Source: Basidiobolus meristosporus CBS 931.73
Lineage: Eukaryota > Fungi > Basidiobolomycota
NCBI GenBank assembly: GCA_002104905.1
Contig: MCFE01000229.1
Location: 57,435 to 121,434 of the forward strand
Direction of reading: 5' to 3'
DNA length: 64,000 bases
Part shown: in pieces, positions 1 through 12,839 of the stretch
Layout: the number at the start of each line of letters is the position of its first letter
How positions within the stretch are numbered: the first letter of the stretch is position 1
Position numbers and translations under genes: made by a program
Notes under the pieces: generated by a model
What the model saw: only the letters and a program-made list of their open reading frames with translations
Told to the model about the DNA's origin: nothing
Database searches by the model: none

Positions 1-169
1 CTTATGCACTACCCTGAAAAGCTCCTTGATGGCAGATCTCAGATGTACTGCTGAAGGCAGGTGCAGTGATCAACTGCTAGTCAATAAGGGAGAAGTGTTA
101 CGGATATAAGTATATCATAATGACTATATGAGTAAACTTGTCTGTGGGAGATATGTTTACCGTACGACA

Positions 170-960
170 GTGTCTTAACAAAAGTATGTGCTGGGTTCAG
201 TGTCCTTTGAGATAACAATGTACTAAAGCTTCCAAAGTCAAAACAACTGTAAACTCCACTAGCAGGGACTTGATAAGAATGCAGCTGTGGTCAATAGTTA
301 CAAAGACAGAAAAGTATCTTTGCCTGTACAAGAACGAACCTGGGAAAGAATCAAATATAATAAAAGATACCTACTCTGAGTATTCCTCACAAGTAGTGCC
401 TTCAAGGTCAGTTGGCTGTCAGCGTGGTTTTCTGGGAGTGTCCTGCGGTCTGGGGTTGGAAGTTCAGGTAGCAGCAGGTAGCAGCGATCACACTAATCAA
501 CAAGTCAGTATATTGATAAATGGGATGATGATTTATTGTTGAGGGATAGCCTCTGTTATATACTTTTCTTACCGGCTAAGTGATTACTAATCATGGTGTT
601 CCAGAAGGTTCCAGACATCAATAGAAATCCTAATGACATCAGAATGACCTAAGAATGTTCTAAGTAGGTGCCAGAAGGTTCTAAGAGGCACAGCACATCC
701 AACCAATCAGGAATCAGTATTGTGAAACCTGTGTAACATAGGGATACTATAAGTGGTATGGAAATGGTAGGGATGGTGATATGCAATAAGGTAAGCAGGT
801 GTGATGGTCAACCGGCTTATGGGATAGTATTAATCAGGTAAGACAAATGAGATATAACTAAAATAAGTGTAGTAGAGATATAGGGAAGTAGAAAATATGG
901 GAATGAACACATCTGTCAGTGGGTGCCACTGTCACCCCACTACAGTGCATGCTTCAGAGC
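170..960 (+). repeat. Unclassified repeat with an inverted, interrupted second copy at ~4150-5765
   Basis: 170-530 is the approximate reverse complement of 5430-5765 (ORFs 270..542+ and 5465..5656- give near-identical peptides, MQLWSIxTKTEKYLCLYK). 540-760 matches 4850-5070 and 840-960 matches 4200-4330. Confidence 0.75.
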
Positions 961-1319
961 AAAACCACCAGAACTTGACAAACTGCTTATTTAGACACAA
1001 GTTCATTGGAGCAGGCTAAGTTGAGTCAACAAGCAGCATCACATCAAACTCAGCCAAGGGCCATGCCAGCGCATCAAGTTGCACCTGCAGAATTGCTGTT
1101 ATTTGTCATGATCCAAACAACACATTTCTTTTGCAATCCAAATTGGGCCATTGCAAACCAGTGATCACTAAATTTTTGATATAAGCAATATCAAGGTTGT
1201 CTTATATATGAGACAGAACCCAAATAAATAAACACCCGGCATATATATACATCATCTGTTGCACCTGTGCAGCCATTTGGTCTGTTTTGCACCTATTTAA
1301 TTGGTTGCATGCTAGCTAT

Positions 1320-1668
1320 TGTTGTAAAAGTTTGTAATTCCACCAGAATATTCACCTAACTTAGTCACTTAGATCATTACCTTCAAATCCTAGAGAATAC
1401 TGACCAAATTCCTTGTTGTGATTTACTTAGAATATTTTCACTAGAATACCAGGTACCCAGAACATGAAAATTCTCAAAGTTGTTCAAACAGCCCCAAACT
1501 GTGCACACATGCTCTTGGGACCTTCCTTAATCTTTTTTACATGTTTGTAATGCCAGGACAATGTAAAAGTATAAATACTACTTTCACATTCAATAAATCA
1601 TTAAGTGAAAACCACATAATCTAATTGTTCTCCCAGTCACTTCCAATATCTCCAAGACTCTTACAACA
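1320..1668 (+). mobile_element. Ty1/copia solo LTR
   Basis: TGTTGTAAAAG...CTCTTACAACA, same family as 6060-6407, flanked by a perfect 5-bp target-site duplication GCTAT (1315-1319 and 1669-1673). Confidence 0.9.
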
Positions 1669-2379
1669 GCTATGACACCTTGTCCAATCACTAGGATCAG
1701 GAATTTACTTGCTCAATGGGCAAAATGGGATATTTGATGGCAGATCAGATAGCTTGTGAATTGGTCAAAGAGCCAATTGGGGGCTGACAGCTTCAGGAAA
1801 CTTTTGGACCAATTAACTGCTGAGATACCATTCAGTTTGAGTGATGGTAACCAAAATGGTAAGTATCAGTGTAATATATAGGGTGATACACATTTACTCC
1901 CATTTACACTAAAGAAACATATCCAAATACTGGATTTTACCTACCATAATAGTGGTATCCAATTGCACATGTGATGCAAACATTATGTGTTGGCACAATC
2001 ATTTGTGCCCACCTCATTGTGTCAGATTGTGCCATAGTGTGCAAGATTGTCCCACATGGTGCAAAATTGTCCAAGGGCAATCCTACCTACTGATAGCTAT
2101 AATATTGTGCCCAATTGTTCTTAGAGACCACTGATTGCACCGTGTGCCCTGGCATGGTAAACAGAACAAGTCTAATGTTGTATCCTAACTGATTTTCCTT
2201 AACCCAAACATAAATAATCTCAATCAAGATTTATTGCATCCTGTATCTGGATCTATTTTTTGCTGTCACAACAGATCAATTTTTATGTGGTCATTACATC
2301 ATCCACTGATTTTACAAGCCTTTCCAAGTGATTAGTTGTCTGAGATCTATCCAACTATTTAGCAGTTGCCAAGCACTGA

Positions 2380-2600
2380 CTCCATTGCTGAATCCATTTG
2401 GGAACTGACCAACTAGAGCAGCATTGCCTCAAAAGTCTGAGCCACTTGCTAGTAGCTGGAACTCAGATGCGTGCACTGATTAAGGTCTGCTTGCTTGATT
2501 CAGGATCTTGGTCTTGTTGGCAGCAGCTCTAGCTTGTTCAACTCTTCTAAAGGCTAGCTTCATATCTGTGAGAAGGTGTGAGAAACATTGAGTACAGGGG
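2380..2600 (-). pseudogene. Ty3/gypsy gag relic
   Basis: The minus frame reads LLTDMKLAFRRVEQARAAANKTKILNQASRP*SVHASEFQLLASGSDF*GNAALVGQFPNG, resembling a Retrotrans_gag core with internal stops. Confidence 0.55.
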
Positions 2601-3440
2601 AGTTGGTTTCTGCTACAGGGGAGAACTATATCTGGGCATTACTGGTGACCAGATTAGAAATATAACCAACTTTGCTTGAACTGTTGAGACACAATTTGGT
2701 CAGAGTGGCAATGAAGCCTTAGAACCAATATTGGGAGCAGCTGACCTTGGTAGTGGAAGTAATCTTGCAATCATGATAACAGGGAGCTTGGATGTTTTGC
2801 TGAGCATTGTTGGTAGGAATCTTAGCAGCAGAATTTCTGAAATTATTTCTCACAGTGCATGTTAAGGAAGGTCCCAAGAACATGTATGCAAAGTTGAGGA
2901 CAGTGTGACAACTTTGAGGAATTCCCTGTTTTGGGTACCTGTAAGTTTAGGTGAAGTTATGAAGTATTCAAGGGCACTGATCAGGCAGAATTATTGTTAC
3001 AAAGTTCCCTGGTATTCAAACACATGCACTGTCCTGTTCTTATTTAATCATGTCTATTGATGGACCTGTGGCTGAATATATTCCATAATCTGATGTCATT
3101 GTTCAAAAAATCTTTTGTTTTCATTGAGCAGAGCATCCCTAGGCCTGAGATACCTCTTAGCTCTGGTATTGTAGTGTCAGTATTCCTTGTTTGCATTGTA
3201 GTGCTCAAAAATATGCATTTAAACTTTTTTGGCCCACATTTTGACTGATTTCTAGGCAGTTTCTTAGCAATTCCTGAGCAACCTGATACTATTTGGTGCT
3301 CTTCCTTTGGTTAACATACATACCAGGTGTCAAGTGAGTATAACTATCATACAGCTTGCTGTAACTCTTATGTTCAAGATATGCAGCAATTCCAACTAAT
3401 TTTACCCAATATTGAAGTAATGTTTTTTATCTTGGATTAT

Positions 3441-4138
3441 TGTTGTACAACAGCATATTATACTTAGCCAACTTTACCCCATTAAATAATCCAGTACCCT
3501 AACTGACTTTCCCTAACCCAAGCATAGTTAATCCCAGTTATGGTCTACTTTATCCCATTGCAAATTCTACTTTTAGCAGTTATACCTGATCAATTTCATA
3601 TAGGCATTACATCCTTGGCTGATCTTCTAAGCTTTTCCAAGTAATTAGTCATTTGAAATATATCAAACCACTTGGTAGTTGCAAAGACATCAGCTGATTG
3701 ATCATGCAATTTTCATATATCTTATGCACCTATTAACACCAAAATTGATTTCATTTAATCCAGTCTCTTGGTGCTTACTAAGTCAACTTGATCAGGAAAG
3801 TGTAATTATGGCTTGCTGAACCTTTTGGTCTAGTATGTGTGTCTCAGCAAAATTCAGATTGTGTCTCCACAATAATAATAGTTCCACAATTGTTCTAGTT
3901 TCTACCTAAGCCTAACATATCTAGCACTCTCAAGATCACCAACTCTAGCCTTCATAGCAAACTAACTCCATTGCCCATGTAGCAAAACCCAGCTATATAT
4001 ATGGCCAATATTAGACAAGAGTCTCTGTGCTAATATTTCCACCATGCTCTGACATTTCTAAGATCCTGCACTTAATTATTCTTTTGGTTCAGTTAAACCA
4101 TTTAAGAGCTTTGTTGCATTTTTCTCTTGGATACAATA
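3441..4138 (+). mobile_element. Ty3/gypsy solo LTR (diverged)
   Basis: TGTTGTAC...CTCTTGGATACAATA, colinear with the LTR at 52277-52953. Flanks ATTAT/ATCAT form a TSD with one mismatch. Confidence 0.75.
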
Positions 4139-4476
4139 ATCATAGATCTTGTCACAACAAGTGTAGATTGCTTTACAGGCTCTGAAACCTGATTTTACTG
4201 TGGGGAGTATGTTGCAGAGGTGTAGTGTGGTTGCAGTGACACCCACTGACAGATGTGCTCATTTGCATATTTTATACTTCCCTATTTTTCTACTACCCTT
4301 ATTTTAGTTTCATTCCATTTGTCTTACCTGATTAGTACTATCCCATAGGCTGGCTGAATATCACATCTACTTACCGTATTGCATAAGTTATCCCACACTT
4401 TATATAAGATAACTTGATGTAAGTGCTTCTGTATTAGGCAGGCACCTGCGTCAGTATCTGTGACACATGACCAAAC

Positions 4477-4822
4477 TGCTCTAAGAGTCTTGGAGATATT
4501 GGAAGTGATTGCAAGGGCAAGTAGATTATGTGGTTTCACGTAATGATTTAATGAATGTAAAAGTAGTGTTTATACTTTAACATGGTCTTGGCATAACAAA
4601 CATGTAGAATAGGCTAAGGAAGGTCCCAAGAATATGTGTGCAAAGTTTGGGGCTGTTTGGACAACTTTGAGAATTTTCATGTTCTGGGTATCTGGTATTT
4701 TGGTGAAAATATTCCAAGTAAATCCTAACAAGGGATTTGGTCAGTATTCTCTTGGATTTGAAGATAATGATCTGTGACTATGTTAGGGGAATATTAAGGT
4801 GGAATTACAAATTTTTACAACA
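4477..4822 (-). mobile_element. Ty1/copia solo LTR
   Basis: Reverse complement of the copia LTR, with a perfect TSD CAAAC (4472-4476 and 4823-4827). Confidence 0.9.
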
Positions 4823-6059
4823 CAAACTGTGCCACCATCCTTACTATCTTCATACCATATGTGGTATCCCTTTGTTACAAAGGTTTCAAAATACTGATTC
4901 CTTATTGGTTGGGTGTGCTGTGCCTCTTAGAACCTTCCAGCACCTACTTAGAACATTCTGAGCTCATTCTGATGTCATTTTGATTTCTGTTTGACCTCTG
5001 GAACCTTCTGGAACACCATGATTAGTAATCACTTTGCCAGTGAGAAAAGTATATCAGGGAGGCAATCCCTTAGCAATAAATCATCATCTATTTTCCCTAT
5101 GAAAAATCCCAAACTTCAAATTCATTTGATTTTCAGCAGGTGTTCTGTTGGTATTGTAATGGTACTCTGCAGGCATTCAGCTGGTGCTTTTGGTCTGAAA
5201 TTGCAAATGCAACTTTTGATGGAAGTAATGGGCAGCTGATAACCAATTTGGCATAGATGCTAATTGGCCTAGTCTCCTTCTGGAGAGTTTGGTTGCTTGC
5301 CTGCCCATCAGCTAACAACTGAGATATTGAAAGTTTTCAATTTTGAGAAACTTGGAATTCAGCTGATATTATGATGGTTTTTTGCTGGCCTTTTCGGAAT
5401 TTTTTTTCTTAGGGTTTTATCATTATACCAACTTGTTGATTAGTATGATCACTGCTACCTGCTGCTACCTGAACTCCAACCTTTGATCAGAGTACACTCC
5501 CAGGAAACCATGCTGACAGTCAACTGACCATAGGGACACTACTTGTGAGGAATACTCAGAGTAGGTTTCTTTTATTATGTTTGACTCTTTCCCATATTTG
5601 CTCTTGTACAGGCAAAGATACTTTTCTGTCTTTGTACCTATTGACCACAGCTGCATTCATATCAAGTCCTTGCTGGTAGAGTTTATGGTTGTTTTGACTT
5701 TGGAAGCTTTAGTACATTGTCGTCTCAAAGGATGCTGAGTCCAGCACATACTTTTGTTAAGATGCTAACTAAGTTGGGGATTGTAGCTCTATTGTTTTCC
5801 TTTGACAAGCTTGTGGCTTTATTTCCCTTCACACCAGAGTAGAGACAGAACCCAAGTTTTCCTAGCAAGCTTTTGCCAGAGGTTATTGCACCCAGTGAAC
5901 ACCCCACACAAAGCACTTGAGAAGTGTTGGATGTATCTCTCCCTTGGACCTATACACCACCACAGCAGTGTCTTGCCTAACCCCATGAAGTTGTCAAAGT
6001 GATGAAGTGTTCTGAGGTATTAACTCCAACATTGTCAAAGTATGCTTTCTTGACTTCTT

Positions 6060-6407
6060 TGTTGTAAAAGTTTGTATTTCCACCTAAATATTCACCTAAC
6101 TTAGTCACTTAGATCATCACCTTCAAATCCAAGAGAATACTGACCAAATTCCTTGTCAGGATTTACTTAGAATATTTTCACCAAAATGCCAGATACCCAG
6201 AACATGAAAATTCTCAAAGTTGTCCAAACAGCCCCAAACTTTGCACACATGTTCTTGGGACCTTCCTTAACCTATTCTACATGTTTGTAATGCCAAGACC
6301 AGGTAAAGTATAAATATTACTTTTACACTCAATAAATCATTAAGTGAAAACCACATAATCTACTTGTTCTCCAAATCACTTCCAATATCTCCAAGACTCT
6401 TACAACA
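6060..6407 (+). repeat. 5' LTR of copia element
   Basis: TGTTGTAAAAG...TTACAACA; direct repeat of 10394-10741. Confidence 0.95.
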
Positions 6408-6419
6408 GGTTATGAGCCC
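6408..6419 (+). promoter_or_regulatory. Primer-binding site complementary to the anticodon stem-loop of initiator tRNA-Met (half-tRNA priming, Ty5/copia type)
   Basis: GGTTATGAGCCC directly after the LTR; the complement GGGCUCAUAACC is the tRNAiMet anticodon arm. Confidence 0.85.
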
Positions 6420-9400
6420 CAAGCTGTCACTCTCTGCAATGTCTACTACTGCTATTACTGGAATTTTTCCCTCTGCTGAAAAGTTGGATAGATCTAACTA
6501 CCAAGTGTGGAAGGTGAAGATGAAGATGCCGCTACAAGAAAGAGGCCTTTGGGATATTGTCATGGGAGAAGAATGCCCTCCTAAAAACGTGGGAGAGGAA
6601 GCCTTAAAGTACCAGAAGAAAGAACAAAGTGCCTTTAACTGCATTTGCCTTAATGTCAAGGACAAATTGCTAATTCAATGCTCAAGAGCAAAAACGGCAA
6701 AGAATGCCTGGAAAGCATTGGAAGACACCTACCAGTCATGTTCAGCTGCCAAGAAGATGTATCTGAGACAAAAATTCTTTACTACAAAGATGCTGCCAGG
6801 AGAAGAAATGAAAAATCTAATTAACAGAATTACCCTGCTGGTAGATGAGATGGAATCTGTGGGCGTACCAACTACTGATGAGGATGTGATAGTTACCATC
6901 CTGAATAGCCTTACAGACAAGCTTCAGGGCCTTGTATCAGCCCTAGAGTCCAGAACTGAAGATTTGACCTTAAATTACGTATATGGAAGGCTCCTGGATG
7001 AAGAATTAAGAAAATTAAGCGCCAATAAGAAAGAGGAAGAAAATGCTTTAATAAGCAATGATAACCAACAAAGGAGGTACCCAAGACCCTACAAAGGCAA
7101 CAGCAACCTATTTTGCAACTACTGCAAAAGGAAAGGACACACATCAGACCGGTGTCTCAAAAAGAAAGATAATCAGCAAAAGAAGCCTGAATATGGAAAT
7201 GCTGCAACAACTGAAGATAGACTATTCATATCTGCACTAAATATGACCACAAACAAGGATTCTCAGACATGGTATATTGACTCTGGAGCTTCTCAACACT
7301 TTACACACCAAAAAGAACTTCTTACCCAATATCAAGAAATTCCAATTAAGAAGGTTTTCATGGGTGACAATAGAACACTTGATGCGGTGGGAGAAGGAGC
7401 TATCCAAGTAAACCTTAGAAGCAGTGAAGGAAGCCATACACTGACCTTTAAAGAAGTACTCTATGTACCAGAAATAGCCAAGAACCTACTCTCTGTAAGC
7501 AAGGCCACAGCAGAAGGACTCAGTTTCAGTTTTGACAATTCTGGATGCAGGATCACTGATCAAAATGGTGCCCATATTGCTTTGGGCATCATAGATCAGA
7601 ATCTATACAAGTTGACTTATATTCCATCATATCTGGAAGCCAATATAAGTAACTTAAATGAAGAAACACCAATGCTTTGGCACAGGAGATTTGGACACAT
7701 CAATTTTGATTATTTGCGCAAAATGATCAAAGATCAGCTAATTTCTGGAGTAAAAATTGATCCCCCAGCCAATTTGGAGCACTGTGAAGCCTGCATATAT
7801 GGGAAACAAGCCAGACAACCGTTCAAGAGCTCTGGGTTAATCAAAACTAAGAAAAAATTAGATCTAATTAACTCAGATCTGTGTGGACCTATGCAAAATT
7901 TATCCTTAGGCGGGATGAAGTATTTAATCACTTTTATTGATGATTATACAAGATACACATGGGTCTACTTCATGGAGAGAAAGGAAGAAGCTCTGTCTAA
8001 GTTCAGGGAGTTTAAAGCCATAGTGGAGAGAGAGACTGGTGAAAAAATCAAGAAAATACGCTTTGACAATGGTGGAGAATATACCTCAAAGCTCTTCATC
8101 CACTTCTGCAAAATTCATGGGATAAAGCAAGAGACTACTGTACCATACTCCCCACAGCAAAATGGAGTAGCAGAACAAGCTAACAGATCAATAATTGATA
8201 TGGCAAGATCTATGATCCATGATCAAAAATTATCCTATGATTTTTTGGTGGAATCAGTTGCCACTGCTGTATACCTTAAAAATAGGAGTTATAACAGAAT
8301 AATTTGTGATTCTACTCCATTTGAAGCATGGTATGGATACAGACCAAGTGCAGAACATCTAAGAATACTTGGGTGTACAGCATATGCCAAAAAACTGGCC
8401 GGAAATCAGTCACAATTTGAGCCAAAAAGTGTAAAATGCATATTTTTGGGCTACTGCAATGAGAGTAAGGCATACAGACTCTACAATTCCAAAGCAAAGA
8501 AGTTGATCAAGTCCAGGGATGTGTTGTTTGATGAAAATTCAAAATTTTCACAACAAATGACATCAGATGATGATGAAAATTTGATCTCAAGTCCACCAAT
8601 TGTCAGGATTGAATCAGAGCAAAACAATGAGAAATTTTTCACTCAAGAGAGCTCTACAACCGTGGTTCAGCCAGAATCAGTGCCCAGGAATATCCCAGAA
8701 GTGATCATTCCAGTATCAAATGCCCGGAGATCCAATCAGACAAGAAATAGCCCAAATTACTATATCAATGAGGGTACAAACTTAGCCTATGCCTATTCAG
8801 TCCATGTTGATGAACCCCAGACTGTAAAAGAGGCCCTAAATAGCCCTCAGACAAAGTTTTGGAGATCTGCAATGATTGAGGAATATCAGGCACTGATGGA
8901 AAATCAAACTTGGGACTTGGTCAAATTACCAATCAACCGAAATCAATTGGATGCAGATGGGTCTTTAAGACAAAATACAAGGCTGATGGTACAATTGAAA
9001 GATACAATGCAAGACTTGTAGCCAAAGGATACTCTCAAACAAAAGGACTTGACTATACTGAGACCTTTGCACCGGTAGCCAAGTTTAATTCCATCAGATT
9101 AATTTTGGCTATTGCAGCAAAATATAAGTTTTTTATTCATCAAATGGATGTAAAAACTGCATTTTTGAATGGAGAACTTGATGAGGATGTGTATATGGAC
9201 CAGCCTGATGGGCTTGCTGACCAAAATAACCCCCATTTGGTCTGCAAGCTTAAAAAGTCACTATATGGTCTCAAACAATCACCAAGAGCCTGGAATTGCA
9301 AGATAGATTCTTATTTGGAATCTTTGAGTTTCAAAAGAAGTAATGCTGACTATAGTATATACTATAAGCCAGATAGAGCAAATCCAGTTCTATTAGCTCT

Positions 9401-10382
9401 ATATGTGGATGATCTTATTATAGCCGCCAATAATGTAGAAACATTGGAAGAGACTAAATCCAGCCTATCTAAGGAGTTCAAGATGTCCGATCTAGGAGAA
9501 CTTAGTTACTACTTAGGGATTAAGTTCTCCATAGACAGAAGTACCCAGACTATTACCCTAAGCCAATCCAAGTATATTCAAGATATACTAAAGAAGTACA
9601 AAATGGAAGACTGTAAACCGGCAGCCACCCCAATGGAGACAAACCTTAACTTGGTCAAAACTCAACCAAATCTAGAGAGCTTGGTGCTATCTGAAAGCCC
9701 TGACTTTCCTTATCAATCTATGGTCGGCAGTCTGATGTATATCATGCTTGGAACATGTCCAGATATCTCATATTCAGTGGGAGTTGTCAGCCAACATAAT
9801 CAGAATTATGGATCTGATCATATTGCAGCAGTTAAGCGGATTTTTAGATACCTAAAAGGAACTGCTGATATCTGCTTAAGATACACTCATAAGGATTCAG
9901 AACAGGATCTTGTGGGATACTCTGATGCTGATTGGGGACAAAATTTGGAAGACAGAAGATCCACCACAGGATACATCTTTCTTTACTGTAAAGGAGCAAT
10001 TTCATGGAATTCAAGAAAGCAACAAACCATAGCACTTTCTACTACAGAAGCAGAGTATATGGCAGCCTGTGAAGCTACAAAAGAAGCAGTGTGGTTAAGA
10101 AAGCTCCTTACAGATTTAGGCCTATGTCAAAAAACGCCTATTACTTTATTTCAATATAATTAAGGATGTATACAATTAGGTAGAAATCCAACTTTTCATG
10201 CTAGAACCAAGCACATAGATATTAGACATCATTTCATACGTGAAGCTATACAGAATAGCTTAGTTAGCTTAGTTTACTGTCCTACAGATGAAATGATTGC
10301 AGACATATTTACCAAACCATTAGCTAGAGACAAGTTTGAATATCTTAGGTCAAAATTAGGACTAGTCAGTATGAACATTTAG
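6412..10382 (+). pseudogene. Copia gag-pol polyprotein with one frameshift and one nonsense codon
   Basis: Gag CCHC (CNYCKRKGHTSDRC), protease WYIDSGAS, integrase HHCC and DDE, RT YVDD, RNase H YSDAD. A 1-nt deletion near 8940 shifts frame 6364 to frame 8910. TAA at 10161 lies inside RNase H, and the frame continues GCIQLGRNPTFHARTKHIDIRHHF to TAG at 10382. Confidence 0.93.
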
Positions 10383-10393
10383 CTGAGTGGGAG

Positions 10394-10741
10394 TGTTGTA
10401 AAAATTTGTATTTCCACCTAAATATTCACCTAACTTAGTCACTTAGATCATCACCTTCAAATCCTAGAGAATACTGACCAAATTCCTTGTCGGGATTTAC
10501 TTAGAATATTTTCACCAAAATGCCAGATACCCAGAACATGAAAATTCTCAAAGTTGTCCAAACAGCCCCAAACTTTGCACACATGTTCTTGGGACCTTCC
10601 TTAACCTATTCTACATGTTTGTAATGCCAAGACCAGGTAAAGTATAAATACTACTTTTACATTCAATAAATCATTAAGTGAAAACCACATAATCTACTTG
10701 TTCTCCAAATCACTTCCAATATCTCCAAGACTCTTACAACA
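10394..10741 (+). repeat. 3' LTR of copia element
   Basis: Preceded by the purine tract GCTGAGTGGGAG (10382-10393). Confidence 0.95.
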
Positions 10742-10919
10742 TTTTTCACCAGTTTCCTGCTCCACCATAGATTTGAGTTCCCTGCACTTACACAGTGCTC
10801 TTTCCTTTCTTTCCAGGAGGTGGGACTATATGTGCTCTGTATTAGACTCTATAAATATGATCAAATACTTCATTCTACTGCTGAAAATTTTGCATATATC
10901 TCCAAGACTCTTACAACAT

Positions 10920-12481
10920 ATATTGCTAGTTGAGTCATTTATATTGGCATTGAGATGTGATGGAAAATTGAAGAGCTTGTATAAATATCAATCACTGATA
11001 TCCAAGGCTATATGAGTGCCATTTTGAAGAGTGATCCTGCATTCAGAATTGTCAAAACTTAACCTGAGTACCTGTGCTTGGCATTGCTTACAGATAATAG
11101 ATTCTAGTCCATTTCTTGTACATCAAGTACTTCCCTATAGGTAGGTCAGTTCCCTGTGCCACTGCTTTGAGTGTTTGGTTGTCACACATAAAAGCCTTCT
11201 TTACATGAATTTTTTTATATTGAGTAAGAGTTCTTATTGCTATGAAAAGTGTTGAGATGCTTCACAGTCAATCAATCACAACTGAAAGTCCTTCTTTGTG
11301 GTCCTATTTAGTGGAGCTCTGAACAGTTTATCTTTGACAGTTGCAGCATTTCCATTTCCAGGCTGTTTCAGCTGATTGTATCACTTTTTAAAGCATTTGC
11401 TTGATAGGTATGCTTTCCTTTACACTAGCTGTAAGAAAAGTTACTCTTTCCTTCAAAGGGTTCTTAGTACCTCCTATGGTGGCTATGATTGCATATCAAG
11501 GCTTTATTCTTCCTTTGTATTTGCATTGGATATTCTTGATACCTCCTCCAGGAGACTTATATACATAACTTAAGTCAAACCTTCAGTTCTGGACTCTAGG
11601 GTGGATACAAGGCCCTGAAGCCTGTCTGACAGGCTATTCTGTAGGGTAACTCTCACATCTTCATCAGAAGTTTGTATGCCCATGGATTTCATCTCATCAT
11701 CTAGCAGGGTAATTCTGCTTATTAAATATTTCATTTCTACTGTCAGAAGCACCTTTGTAGTCAATAATTCTAGCCTATGATACATTTTCTCAGCAGCTGA
11801 ACATGACTGGTAGGTGTCCTCTGATGCCTTCCAGACATCCTTGCCCATTTTTTCTCTTGAGGGCTGAATTAGCAATTTGTCATCAACATTATGGCAAATG
11901 CAATTAAAGACACTTTGTTCTTTCTTCTGATACTTTGGGGCTTCTTCCCTTACACCTTTAGGAGCGCATTCTTCTCCTGTGACAATTCCCCAAACTCCTC
12001 TTTCCTGAAGCAGCATTTTCAACTTCACCTTCAAGACATGGTAGTTAGATCCATGCAACTGTTTGGCTGAGGGGAAAATTCTAGTAATGGCAGTAATAAG
12101 CATTCCAGAGAGTGATGGCTTGGGGCTCATAACCTGTGATAAGAGTCTTGGGGATATTGAAGTTGATTAGGACAGCAATTGGATTATGTGGATTTCCGTT
12201 AATGATTTATTGAATGTAAAAGTGGCATTTAAACTGTTAGATGACCTTGACAGAGCCAGCACGTAGAATATGTTCAGGAAGGTCTCAAGAGCATGTGTGC
12301 AAAGTTTGGGTCAGTTTGGACAACTTTGAGAAATCTCATGTTCTGCGCACTCGATGTTTGGTGAAAATATTCCAAGCAAATCCCAACAAGGAATTTTGTC
12401 AGAATTCCATAGGATTTGTAGACTATCATCTAGGTGACTAAGTTAGGTGGATATTTAGTTGTAATTATGAAATTTACCACA
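10920..12481 (-). mobile_element. Older, truncated copia copy (5' LTR, PBS, gag-protease relic)
   Basis: Diverged LTR at 12135-12481, PBS GGTTATGAGCCC on the minus strand at 12123-12134. ORF 11570..12130 is homologous to the Gag N-terminus at 6412. Confidence 0.88.
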
Positions 12482-12839
12482 GATAATGCTGTAAGGGAGT
12501 GCTATGCAATTCTTCCAGTTCTCCGAATTACTTCTAATCTTCCCTAGTTTCTTGTAGCAATTATTGGTAGAGTATATCAGTGCAATCAGCTAGTGTTCAC
12601 ACTCACTTGTAAACGCCCCAAATCACATCCAGGTTCCTACTGGCCCCCAAAGAGTCCAGGTGAAATCAATATTTACTTTCGAATGGTCCCCATGCAAGGG
12701 ACTGGTTAGTGGCTACTGGTAGCTAGAGAGCATATAACAGATATTGTGGATTGCCGGTTTCATATTGCATCATCCCTAGATCGTATATCCAGCTCTGGAT
12801 ACTGCAACATATGACCAACTGGTGAGCAATAGGGTATAC

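Larger units (their letters stand above)
1..6059. mobile_element. Mosaic of decayed LTR-retrotransposon fragments (copia and gypsy LTRs, gag relics)
   Basis: CpG-poor, no long ORFs, with several segments alignable by eye to the copia LTR (6060-6407) and the gypsy LTR (52277-52953). Confidence 0.85.
6060..10741 (+). mobile_element. Full-length Ty1/copia LTR retrotransposon, recently inserted, coding-disabled
   Basis: Two 348-bp TG..CA LTRs (6060-6407 and 10394-10741) differ at 5 positions by my count. PBS at 6408, PPT before 10394, TSD TTCTT/TTTTT, domain order gag-PR-IN-RT-RH. Confidence 0.97.

Noticed and set aside
6364-6411. ORF-track start of the 885-aa ORF
   Set aside because: It is a TTG inside the LTR. 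The first ATGs are at 6412 and 6439.
10698-11015. 105-aa ORF resembling the Gag N-terminus
   Set aside because: It is read-through of 3' LTR sequence into unrelated relics, not a gene.
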